From an uncultured Litorilinea sp. (GTDB lineage Bacteria > Chloroflexota > Anaerolineae > Caldilineales > Caldilineaceae): a stretch of DNA of 62,640 nt. The notes under the pieces are model-generated. The model was not told where the DNA came from. It saw nothing but the letters and a program-made list of their open reading frames with translations, and ran no database searches. Both the position numbers and the translations under genes were made by a program. This document shows, one piece after another, positions 54,997-62,640 of the stretch (position 1 is its first letter; the number at the start of each line of letters is the position of its first letter). Location of the stretch: positions 1 to 62,640 of the forward strand of contig CAZZNG010000002.1 of assembly GCA_964655505.1 (NCBI GenBank). The letters run 5' to 3'.

Positions 54997-56268
54997 CTAA
55001 ACAGCTTCGGTCTCCGGCGTATCCGTCGCGGGCGTCACCGTCCCGTCACAAACATGCAGCCGCTTGGCGCGCGCCTGAAATTGGGGCGTGAAGTCGTCCC
55101 AATCGGTTGTCGTGATTACGGCCTGCTCCACCCCATCCAACACCGTCAAGAGCATACTGCGGCGCTGGGCATCCAACTCGCTCATCACATCGTCGAGCAG
55201 CAGCAGCGGGGCTTGGCCGGTGGCATCGGTCATGGCCTGTACCTCGGCCAGTTTGAGCGAGAGCGCGCCGCTGCGCTGCTGCCCCCGGCTGCCAAAGGTA
55301 CGCAGATCACGACCATTGACCAGAAAACGCAAATCGTCGCGATGAGGGCCATAGAGCGTCATCCCCGCGGCCAATTCGCGCTCGCGCCGCGCCTCCAACT
55401 TCGCTTGGAACGCCGCAGCAATGGTCGCGGCATCCGCCGCGCCGGGCCAGGGCCAGCGATATTCGTCGAGCAGATGTCCCTCTTGCCAGAGCGAAAACTC
55501 CGCATCGGGCCATTCGCCATAGTTGAAGCTGGGGATCAGTTCCAAATGCAGCGTCTCGCGGCCATCGGACAGTTCTAATTGGCGCGCCTGGGCCAAAGGC
55601 TGCAACTGGGTGACAAAGGCATGGCGCTTTGCCAGCACCACGCTGCCCGTCTGCACCAGTTTCTCGTCCCAAAAGCCTAGCTGGGCGGCGGTGGACGTGG
55701 CGTTGGGGGATGCGCCCTGATCGCGCAGCGTCTTGAGCAGGCTGTTGCGCCGCGCCAAGATCTTCTGGTACGAAGCCAGCGCGCGCGTATAGGCCGGGTC
55801 GATCTGGCAGAGCGCCACATCCAGATAGCGCCGCCGCTCGCCGGGGCTGCCGTCCACCAGCTTGACATCTTCGGGCAAAAAGAGCACCGCGCGCAGTTGG
55901 CCGATCAAATCTAGGCTGCGCTTGTTGACGCCGTTGATGCGCACCTGCTTGGTATAGTTCAGCCCATCGCCGCGCGGGGTCAATAAGATTTCCAGTTCCA
56001 TGCTGCGCGAGCCATGATCGACCGCGGTCTGCACCTGTGCAGCCACACGGCTATAGGGGATCGGCTCGTCTGCGGCCTGCCAATCAACCACCTCGCGTTC
56101 CACGCTGGCGTGTACCGGCTTGCTCGTTGCCAGGAAATAGATCGCCTCGAGCAAGTTGGTCTTGCCCTGCGCGTTGCGACCTTGCAGCAGCGTAAGGCGT
56201 TGATCAAACGCCAGTTCCAAGTGGCGATAATTGCGAAAATGAGTTAAGGAAAGTTGAGTCAGTAACAT
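54997..56268 (-). CDS. recF: DNA replication and repair protein RecF
   Basis: 423 aa. LTHFRNY N-terminus, Walker A GRNAQGKTNLLEA, C-terminal LLLDDVMSELD. Confidence 0.9.
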   Translation of the reverse strand: MLLTQLSLTHFRNYRHLELAFDQRLTLLQGRNAQGKTNLLEAIYFLATSKPVHASVEREVVDWQAADEPIPYSRVAAQVQTAVDHGSRSMELEILLTPRGDGLNYTKQVRINGVNKRSLDLIGQLRAVLFLPEDVKLVDGSPGERRRYLDVALCQIDPAYTRALASYQKILARRNSLLKTLRDQGASPNATSTAAQLGFWDEKLVQTGSVVLAKRHAFVTQLQPLAQARQLELSDGRETLHLELIPSFNYGEWPDAEFSLWQEGHLLDEYRWPWPGAADAATIAAAFQAKLEARRERELAAGMTLYGPHRDDLRFLVNGRDLRTFGSRGQQRSGALSLKLAEVQAMTDATGQAPLLLLDDVMSELDAQRRSMLLTVLDGVEQAVITTTDWDDFTPQFQARAKRLHVCDGTVTPATDTPETEAV

Positions 56269-56321
56269 AACATCTCAGCCGCGGCACTCCAGCTTACGGA
56301 GCAGCGCGCAACGATTGCGCC

Positions 56322-57467
56322 TCACGCGGCCTGAACGCCGCCCTGCGGGCTTCTCTGTCGAACCGTCTGCCGATTCACCTGCCGGTTGATTGATTGATCC
56401 TGTGATGAACGCCGCTGGGTCAATTGAGCGATGAGCATGTCGAGTTCGGCTTCAGGGTCCGCGCCGGTCTTCATAGCATAGTCCGCGGTCAACAGCCGAT
56501 CCAGCACGCCGATTAGTTCGTCGAACGTATAGCCCAGTGCCTGCTGCATGGCCTTCTTGACCGGGTAGGGCTTTTCGCTCACCTGCTTGGCAATGTCAAA
56601 CTCACTGCCCCCGCCGCCCGTGGACGACATGGCCTCTTTCACCTTGAGAATGATGCGATACTGGCGCGCAATCATGGTTAACAGGTAAAAGGCGTTGGCG
56701 TCGTTGCGGCGCAGCGTTTGCAGCGACTGCATGGCCGCGCGCGGGTTGCGCTGGCTCAACGCGTCGGTGAGCGACCAGATCATGGCCTCGCTCGCGTCGC
56801 TGACCAGCAGGTTCACGTCGTCGGGCGAGATGGGCCGCCCGCTGGCATAGAGCGAGAGCTTTTCCAGTTCGTTGTCCAACTGGCGCAAGTTCACGCCCAC
56901 ATAGGTTGCCAGCAGTTGCACGGCGCGCCCGTCGATGGCGATCTGGCGGGCGCGCGCCCGCTGATTGATCCAATTCGGCAGGTTGCGCGCCTCGGGCGCG
57001 TGCAGTTCGACCAGTTCGATCTGCTTCTCCTTGATCAGCGCCTGCACACCCGGCACGCGCTGCTCGGCCTCCCCATCCGCACGCTTGACCGCCACGCTGA
57101 AGCCGCGCCAGAGGCCGCGCCGCTTGTCCAGCCCGCTTTCCACCAAAACCAGGTCAGTGGTATCGGGCAGCGTTGCCAGCCCGGTCAACAGCCGCGCCGC
57201 GTCGTGGTAGGCCGCGGCATGGCTGTCCTTGCTCTGGGCCATGCGTTTGTCAAGCTGTGCCAGCGCGTCGCGCGCGATCACCAACCGCCGGGGGGAAAGG
57301 AACGGCATCATCGAGGCCTGGCCCAAGAGATCGCCCGCTGTGGTCTTTGCCCCGTCCACTTCGGTGATATTGAGGTCGGCCAGTTCCGGGTCGCCCAACG
57401 CGGCTTTGTACTCGGCAATCTGTTGGGCAGCCAGGTATTCGTCACAATCTAAAAGCAGATAGACCAT
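56322..57467 (-). CDS. holA: DNA polymerase III delta subunit
   Basis: 381 aa. Delta-subunit-like length and pattern (YLLLDCDEYL.., LSLYA, LTDALSQRN). Basic and polar C-terminal extension. Confidence 0.75.
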   Translation of the reverse strand: MVYLLLDCDEYLAAQQIAEYKAALGDPELADLNITEVDGAKTTAGDLLGQASMMPFLSPRRLVIARDALAQLDKRMAQSKDSHAAAYHDAARLLTGLATLPDTTDLVLVESGLDKRRGLWRGFSVAVKRADGEAEQRVPGVQALIKEKQIELVELHAPEARNLPNWINQRARARQIAIDGRAVQLLATYVGVNLRQLDNELEKLSLYASGRPISPDDVNLLVSDASEAMIWSLTDALSQRNPRAAMQSLQTLRRNDANAFYLLTMIARQYRIILKVKEAMSSTGGGGSEFDIAKQVSEKPYPVKKAMQQALGYTFDELIGVLDRLLTADYAMKTGADPEAELDMLIAQLTQRRSSQDQSINRQVNRQTVRQRSPQGGVQAA

Positions 57468-57505
57468 TCTTTACAGTTCATAAACATAGCACATCAACCC
57501 AATAA

Positions 57506-57532
57506 GGAACCGGCGCGGGCCGCGCCGGTTCC
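57506..57532 (-). terminator. 12-bp perfect GC-rich stem-loop
   Basis: GGAACCGGCGCG-GGC-CGCGCCGGTTCC. On the minus strand it is followed by TTATTGGGTT. Lies between the HxxEH protein gene and holA. Confidence 0.6.
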
Positions 57533-57595
57533 CCTTGACGCCCTGTTGCGCTTGGCTGCATCGCGCGGCCAGGTTCGATTGCCCTATAAAGCACC

Positions 57596-58093
57596 CTACT
57601 CAAAGATGACACGGTGGACAGTCTGCTTGCCAATCTGCACCGGGCGAATCTCGGCCAGCCAGCGGTCGGCCACATCCGGCGTCGTCGTATACGCCTGCAA
57701 GTACATGCCAAGTGGCTTGGCTGCAAGCTGCGCGAGCGCCACCAGGAGCAGCGTCGCGCCCAAGCGGTCGAGCAGCCCGCGCCGCCCGCTTAGGCCCACC
57801 CACGCGCCGATTGTCGTCAGCACCACGCCTGTTGCAAAGTTGGTGCCGCAGTTGGGATGCAGCGCCAACTGCGACTGGCCGCCTTGCAGCCGCAACAGTG
57901 CCTCGCCCACCGCCCGCCGCAGCACCGGCTCATCCACCGGGCCATAGATGGTAAAGCCGCGCGGATCGCTGTACCCGGCAAACGTGCGTGTCGGAAAGCG
58001 CTCTGCCAGCATGTAAAGCGTGGCATGTTCGATGGCATGATGCTGGCGCAGGCGATGCGACAACGCGCGCAACGCGGTTAGGAAGGTGGTCAA
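57596..58093 (-). CDS. conserved hypothetical small protein with HxxEH and HPNCGTN motifs
   Basis: 165 aa. TTG start with a strong GAGGAGG SD 5 nt upstream. HAIEHAT near the N-terminus, HPNCGTN mid-protein, and two hydrophobic segments. Confidence 0.6.
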   Translation of the reverse strand: MTTFLTALRALSHRLRQHHAIEHATLYMLAERFPTRTFAGYSDPRGFTIYGPVDEPVLRRAVGEALLRLQGGQSQLALHPNCGTNFATGVVLTTIGAWVGLSGRRGLLDRLGATLLLVALAQLAAKPLGMYLQAYTTTPDVADRWLAEIRPVQIGKQTVHRVIFE

Positions 58094-58126
58094 AGCGCCT
58101 CCTCGCCCATGATCCTTGCCTGTTGC

Positions 58127-60172
58127 CTAACGGCCCAACAACCGCTTGGCGGCCTGCACCATATGCTCAGGCGTCAAGCCGAATTCTTCATAGAGCCGCT
58201 GATAGGGTGCGCTGGCCCCAAAGTGGTCGAGGGCGAGCACCGTGCCCTTGGCCGGATCGTTGCCCACCCAGCGCGACCAGCCGAACGAAGCCGCGGCTTC
58301 AATCGCCACCCGCGGCACATCCGGCGGCAGGACCTGGGCGATGTACTCATCGCCCTGCTTGGCAAAGACTTCCCACGACGCCAGGCTGACCACGCGCACG
58401 CCGATCCCTTCTTCGGCCAGTTGTTTGGCCGCGTTGTAGGCAATCTCGACTTCGCTGCCTGTGCCGATCAGGACCACATCCAAGCCGTTGGGAGCCTGCT
58501 CGAAAAAGACATAGCCCCCGCGCAGCGTGCCGTCCGCGCTGCCCATGCCCTCGGCCTCTCGGTCAAAGACGGGCAGATTCTGGCGGGTGAGCGCCATCAG
58601 CGTAGGCCCTTCGGTGTTCTCCAGCGCGATCTGCCACGCATAGGCAGTTTCGTTGGCGTCGGCAGGACGCACCACGGTCATATTGGGCATGGCGCGCAGC
58701 GAGGCCAAATGCTCGATAGGCTGGTGGGTGGGGCCGTCCTCGCCCAAGCCGATGCTGTCATGGGTCATGACGTAGATCACACGGATGCCCATCAGCGCGG
58801 CCAAGCGCATACTGGGGCGCATGTAATCGGTAAAGGTCAAGAAGGTCGCGCCGTGGGGGATCACGCCGCCATGCAGCGCCATGCCGTTGAGGATGCCGCC
58901 CATGGCATGCTCGCGCACGCCAAAGTGAATGTTATTGCCGCTGTAGTCGCCTGCCTGCATAAAGCCGGAGCTGGTGATGGTCGTCTTGTTGCTGCCCGCC
59001 AAGTCGGCGCTGCCGCCCACCAAATTGGGGATGACCTCCGCCAGCGCGTTGATGACCGTGCCGCCTGCGTTGCGGGTGGCAATCGAGTCGCCCGCCTCAA
59101 AGACAGGCAGCGCCTTCTGCCAATCTTGGGGCAGTTCGCCCGCCATCAACCGGCGCAGTTCAGCCGCCTCATTGGGGTAGCTCTGGCTGTACGCTTCCAG
59201 CAGATCGCTATATTCGGATTCCCATTGCTTGCCGCGCCCCACTGCCTGGCGGTAGAAGTCGCGCACCTGGTCAGGGATGTAGAAGCTGGGCGATGCGGGC
59301 CAGCCCAACTCTTCTTTGGTCGCGGCCAGTTCCTCTTTGCCCAGTGGCTCGCCGTGGGCTTTGGACGTACCCGCCTTGTTGGGGCTGCCAAAACCGATGA
59401 TCGTGCGACAGCCGATGATGCTGGGCCGGGGGTCGGCCTGGGCCGCTTCAATGGCCTGGGCAACCGCGTCCATGTCCATGCCATCGACCTGCTGCACATG
59501 CCAGCCGTAGGCCTCAAAACGCTTGGCCCAATCCTCGGTGAAGGAGACATCCGTCTTGCCGTCGATGGTGATGTTGTTGTTGTCGTAGAGATAGATGAGC
59601 CGGCCCAAGCGCAGATGACCGGCCAAGCTGGCTGCTTCGCTGGCGATGCCCTCCATCAGGTCGCCGTCGCTGACGATTGCGTAAATGCGATGATCCATCA
59701 CGGGCAGATCGGGCCGGTTGTAGCGCGCCGCCAACCACTCCGCGGCCAGCGCCATGCCGACGCCATTGGCAAAGCCTTGGCCCAGCGGCCCTGTTGTCGT
59801 CTCCACTCCCGGCGCATGTCCATATTCAGGATGGCCCGGCGTCATGCTGCCAAACTGGCGGAAATTGCGCAGTTCCTCCAACGGCAGATCATAGCCGGTC
59901 AAATGCAGCAGCGCATAGAGCAGCATAGAGCCATGCCCAGCACTCAACACAAAGCGGTCGCGGTTGATCCAGTCTGGATTGCTGGGGCTATAGCGCATGT
60001 AGCGCGTCCACAGGACGAATGAGGCCGCGGCCATGCCCATCGGCAGGCCGGGGTGGCCCGAATTGGCCTCCTGCACAGCATCCGCCGCCAACATACGAAT
60101 CGTATTGACTGCTTCCGCGGCAAAGGCGGGGTCGAGCGCGCGGTCGTCTATCACCGGTGTTGCTGTAGTCAT
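58127..60172 (-). CDS. tkt: transketolase
   Basis: 681 aa. GHPG and GDGDLMEG (ThDP-binding) motifs. Transketolase length and conserved pattern throughout. Confidence 0.95.
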   Translation of the reverse strand: MTTATPVIDDRALDPAFAAEAVNTIRMLAADAVQEANSGHPGLPMGMAAASFVLWTRYMRYSPSNPDWINRDRFVLSAGHGSMLLYALLHLTGYDLPLEELRNFRQFGSMTPGHPEYGHAPGVETTTGPLGQGFANGVGMALAAEWLAARYNRPDLPVMDHRIYAIVSDGDLMEGIASEAASLAGHLRLGRLIYLYDNNNITIDGKTDVSFTEDWAKRFEAYGWHVQQVDGMDMDAVAQAIEAAQADPRPSIIGCRTIIGFGSPNKAGTSKAHGEPLGKEELAATKEELGWPASPSFYIPDQVRDFYRQAVGRGKQWESEYSDLLEAYSQSYPNEAAELRRLMAGELPQDWQKALPVFEAGDSIATRNAGGTVINALAEVIPNLVGGSADLAGSNKTTITSSGFMQAGDYSGNNIHFGVREHAMGGILNGMALHGGVIPHGATFLTFTDYMRPSMRLAALMGIRVIYVMTHDSIGLGEDGPTHQPIEHLASLRAMPNMTVVRPADANETAYAWQIALENTEGPTLMALTRQNLPVFDREAEGMGSADGTLRGGYVFFEQAPNGLDVVLIGTGSEVEIAYNAAKQLAEEGIGVRVVSLASWEVFAKQGDEYIAQVLPPDVPRVAIEAAASFGWSRWVGNDPAKGTVLALDHFGASAPYQRLYEEFGLTPEHMVQAAKRLLGR

Positions 60173-60318
60173 GCAAACCCTCGCTTATTCTAAAGTCGTA
60201 TTCTATAGGTCACATTATCTAAAAGCGCACTGGCTGCAATCGCACACGCTGGGATCACAGTGAATTTCTGCGCTTGTCGTCCCATCTTGCCATTGGCCTA
60301 GTCAACCGGCACAGCATT

Positions 60319-60358
60319 GTTGGCATGAATTGCATTGGCATGAGTCTCATTGACATGA
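60319..60358. repeat. 15-bp-period triple repeat TTG(G/A)CATGA
   Basis: GTTGGCATGA (60319-60328), ATTGGCATGA (60334-60343), ATTGACATGA (60349-60358). Lies 150-190 bp upstream of the tkt start. Confidence 0.7.
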
Positions 60359-60728
60359 ATCAACCGACACGAAAAACGAACCTGCCGGTCGATGATCCGG
60401 TTTGCCAATGGCGCGAAATATAGCCGATATAACAGGACAAAGTATAGCTGCACCGGGAGAAAATGTCCGTGGTGTGGCTTACGGCCTTGGCGGACAAGAC
60501 CGCGCTGTCCCATTTTCCCGTTGAAAGGCGGCCTTGTCAACTTGATACACCCCAAAACCGGCTGATACGCAACAATCCTTGCACCATAGACCAACGTGCC
60601 TTACAAGAATTGAGCGGCGACCTGCAAGCGACTTCTCGCACGGTTTGTCTCTTGTGCCTAGAACAGCGTATTTGGGACGCTCGTTAAGTTGGGGTACGAT
60701 GGTTGGTTGGAACCTTTATATCAGGCGT

Positions 60729-60754
60729 CTTGATCATCAGGAGGCTTGATCATC
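60729..60754. promoter_or_regulatory. direct repeat of CTTGATCATC (contains palindromic TGATCA)
   Basis: Copies at 60729-60738 and 60745-60754, plus the partial CTTGATA at 60777-60783. Lies 80-130 bp upstream of the metallophosphoesterase start. Confidence 0.3.
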
Positions 60755-60859
60755 GGCAGCCATGAATAATCGGGCGCTTGATACGGAACTTTGCTGCATG
60801 GTGCGCGTTCAAGCAGGATGCCGCGGAACCTGCTGCACGCGCGTTGACGTTCAAACGAA

Positions 60860-61945
60860 ATGACTATGAGCCAAACCACCTTTGCCCACACGCTTGCGCG
60901 CGCTGTGCTGCAACATGCGCCGATCCATCAACGCGGCCACCTGCTGCGCAACCTCGGCCTCTTGGCTGGTTTCAGCGCAACCCTCGCAGGCTATGCCTTC
61001 CTGCGCGAGCCGCTGCGCGTCAAGCTAGACCGTCTCACCATTCGCCTACCCAGCGCCAACGGTCACCTGCCGCCCAATGGGCTGCGGATTTTGCACCTGT
61101 CGGATACCCACTTCTGCGGCAAACAATGGCGCGAACAGCCCAAGATCGATTCCATCCGGCGGGCCTGCGCCGGGCTGGAATATGACTTGCTGATCCATAC
61201 AGGCGACTTTGTCCATGAGGACAGCGGTCTGCCCAATGTGCTGGCCTTGCTCGATTCGCTGCCCAAGCCGCGCCTGGGGAGCTTTGCCGTCTTTGGCAAC
61301 CACGATTACACCACCTACAGCCACAGTGAGATGCTGCCGCGCGCCTGGGCCAAATTTACCGAGCTGCACCAGAGCCAACTGAATGGAAACGGCCACAACA
61401 CCACCTTTACACACCTGCGTACCTTTGTGGCCTTTGGGCACTACTTTGCCAATTCACGGCTCGACTTCAAGCGCACCGGGCGCAACAACGTGAGCGCGCT
61501 CGAAGCCGCGCTGCTGGCGCGCAACATCTACCCGCTGCACAACCGCAGCGTGCGCCTGATCTGTGAAGAATCCGGGGTGAACTGTTACCTGGCGGGCGTA
61601 GACGATGTATGCGAAGGCGCGCCCGACCTGCAAACCGCGCTGCAAGATGTGCCGGACAGCGTGCCGGTCATCCTCTTGACCCACAACCCCGACATCCTGA
61701 CCGAGCCTGGCGTCGACCGGGCGGATCTGGTCCTGGCAGGCCATACGCATGGCGGCCAGATCGTGCTGCCGCTGGTGGGCGCGGCCCACACCCAAACCGA
61801 TCACCTGCACCGCAACGAAGTCTCCGGCTACCTGCGCCGAGGCAAGACCCAGATCTATATCACACGCGGCATCGGCGAGGGCATTCCCCTGCGCTTTCGC
61901 GCCGCGCCCCAGATCACGCTGATCACCGTGCTGCCCGATGTGTAG
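60860..61945 (+). CDS. metallophosphoesterase (calcineurin-like)
   Basis: 361 aa. Motifs HLSDTHF, GDFVHE, GNHD and GHTHGGQ, with an N-terminal TM segment. Confidence 0.85.
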   Translation: MTMSQTTFAHTLARAVLQHAPIHQRGHLLRNLGLLAGFSATLAGYAFLREPLRVKLDRLTIRLPSANGHLPPNGLRILHLSDTHFCGKQWREQPKIDSIRRACAGLEYDLLIHTGDFVHEDSGLPNVLALLDSLPKPRLGSFAVFGNHDYTTYSHSEMLPRAWAKFTELHQSQLNGNGHNTTFTHLRTFVAFGHYFANSRLDFKRTGRNNVSALEAALLARNIYPLHNRSVRLICEESGVNCYLAGVDDVCEGAPDLQTALQDVPDSVPVILLTHNPDILTEPGVDRADLVLAGHTHGGQIVLPLVGAAHTQTDHLHRNEVSGYLRRGKTQIYITRGIGEGIPLRFRAAPQITLITVLPDV

Positions 61946-62084
61946 GCCGCGGGTGGATAGATGTGGGTAGAAATTGATGGTAAGGCTGATGGTAAGGTTG
62001 ATACAAAAAGGCGGTGGGCATGTTATTTTGTAAGGTTGTCCCAAGCGCGGCGCGGCCTGGGCAGACCGGCACACCAGGCAGCTT

Positions 62085-62113
62085 TTGACGGGGCCTTGCC
62101 CAGTTTGTATACT
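62085..62113 (+). promoter_or_regulatory. candidate sigma-70 promoter for the sod gene
   Basis: TTGACG (62085-62090), 17-nt spacer, TATACT (62108-62113). Implies a leader of about 180 nt. Confidence 0.35.
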
Positions 62114-62302
62114 AGAGTACTGCAAGCAGGTTTCACTTTGCTACACTGAAGGTTGCGTGTGCGGCAGTTGTAGTCACCGCGTAAATCACAGCGCAAATTA
62201 CCGTGTACGCAAAATTGCGGCTTCTTAAACAATCAAACCACACAGAAACCGCCAAGAAACTACAAGAAATTCCACAACAAGGACAGCATCTAGGAGGACA
62301 CA

Positions 62303-62640
62303 ATGGCTTTTACACTACCTGATCTGCCGTATCCTGCCAATGCGCTGGAACCGCATATTGATGGGCGCACCATGGAAATCCACCATGATAAGCACCACGC
62401 TGCCTATCTGACCAACCTCAACAATGCCATTTCTGGGACTGACTTGGAAGGCAAGGACATTGTTGATATCCTGAAGAATATCGATTCGGTCCCCTCCAAT
62501 ATCAAGACCGCTGTCCAGAACAATGGCGGCGGCTATGCCAACCACAATCTCTTCTGGACGATCATGGGTCCCAATGGCGGCGGCAGCCCCAGCGGTGAGC
62601 TTGCCAGCGCCATTGACAGCAAGTTTGGCAGCTTCGACGC
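62303..62640 (+). CDS. Fe/Mn-family superoxide dismutase (5' partial, runs off the window)
   Basis: Not in the ORF track because it is open-ended. AGGAGG SD at 62293-62298. [35 protein letters not shown] is the canonical Fe/Mn-SOD N-terminus. Confidence 0.9.
   Translation, partial: MAFTLPDLPYPANALEPHIDGRTMEIHHDKHHAAYLTNLNNAISGTDLEGKDIVDILKNIDSVPSNIKTAVQNNGGGYANHNLFWTIMGPNGGGSPSGELASAIDSKFGSFD

Noticed and set aside
57556-57580. GGTTCGATT, resembling a tRNA T-loop
   Set aside because: No complementary T-stem, acceptor stem or anticodon arm can be drawn. I found no tRNA elsewhere in the intergenic regions by eye.
58109-60022. 637-aa ORF on the plus strand
   Set aside because: Antisense shadow of the transketolase gene. 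The peptide is Arg/Gly/Ala/His-rich and motif-free, as expected for open reverse frames in high-G+C DNA. The opposite strand encodes an unmistakable transketolase.
60298-60687. ORFs 60298-60594 (minus) and 60463-60687 (plus) in the tkt/phosphoesterase spacer
   Set aside because: Lower-G+C sequence, no SD, odd amino-acid composition, and the two ORFs overlap each other. Treated as non-coding.

Overview
62.6-kb high-G+C bacterial chromosomal segment, densely coding with about 50 CDS. I saw no rRNA, tRNA, CRISPR array, transposase or integrase by eye. The protein signatures are reminiscent of Chloroflexota-like genomes: LarBCE, LLM/F420-type oxidoreductases, a TPR-fused Wzy_C membrane protein, many lipobox proteins with acidic tails, and frequent GTG/TTG starts. 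Taxonomy cannot be verified from the sequence alone.

Layout:
(i) 461-9836: mixed housekeeping and exported proteins (SDR epimerase, PspC protein, tail-fibre-like lipoprotein, flavin reductase, polyacidic c-type cytochrome lipoprotein, SH3 protein, UvrD-like helicase).
(ii) 9859-28146: an approximately 18-kb, all-plus-strand glycan assembly locus. It holds an MsbA/PglK-type ABC exporter, nine glycosyltransferases including two tandem paralogue pairs, a Gfo/Idh/MocA oxidoreductase, a 1221-aa Wzy_C (O-antigen-ligase-like) protein fused to TPRs, and a WecA/MraY-family initiating transferase.
(iii) 28143-36942: envelope proteins (double-cyclophilin lipoprotein, VTT/DedA-like protein, 2035-aa alpha-2-macroglobulin lacking the thioester Cys).
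(iv) 37133-50806, minus strand: AKR, larC, larE, larB, AKR (nickel-pincer cofactor genes with no larA in view), DUF885, amidohydrolase, a peptide-type ABC importer without ATPase genes, and an LLM oxidoreductase.
(v) 51352-62640: LLM oxidoreductase, TIGR04076-like protein, mnmA, small membrane proteins, recF, holA, a small HxxEH protein, tkt, a metallophosphoesterase, and the 5' part of an Fe/Mn superoxide dismutase.

Non-genic signals: a dispersed, orientation-biased palindromic (REP-like) element family lying just 3' of stop codons; several rho-independent terminators; and many short tandem repeat arrays (8-18 bp period) in intergenic DNA.

Best leads:
- The flippase / glycosyltransferase / Wzy_C-TPR locus, as a possible protein O-glycosylation or wall-polymer system.
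- The REP-like element family.
- The thioester-less alpha-2-macroglobulin.
- The larA-less lar cluster bracketed by aldo/keto reductases.
- The HxxEH small protein.

All functional calls come from motif recognition by eye. No database search was possible.
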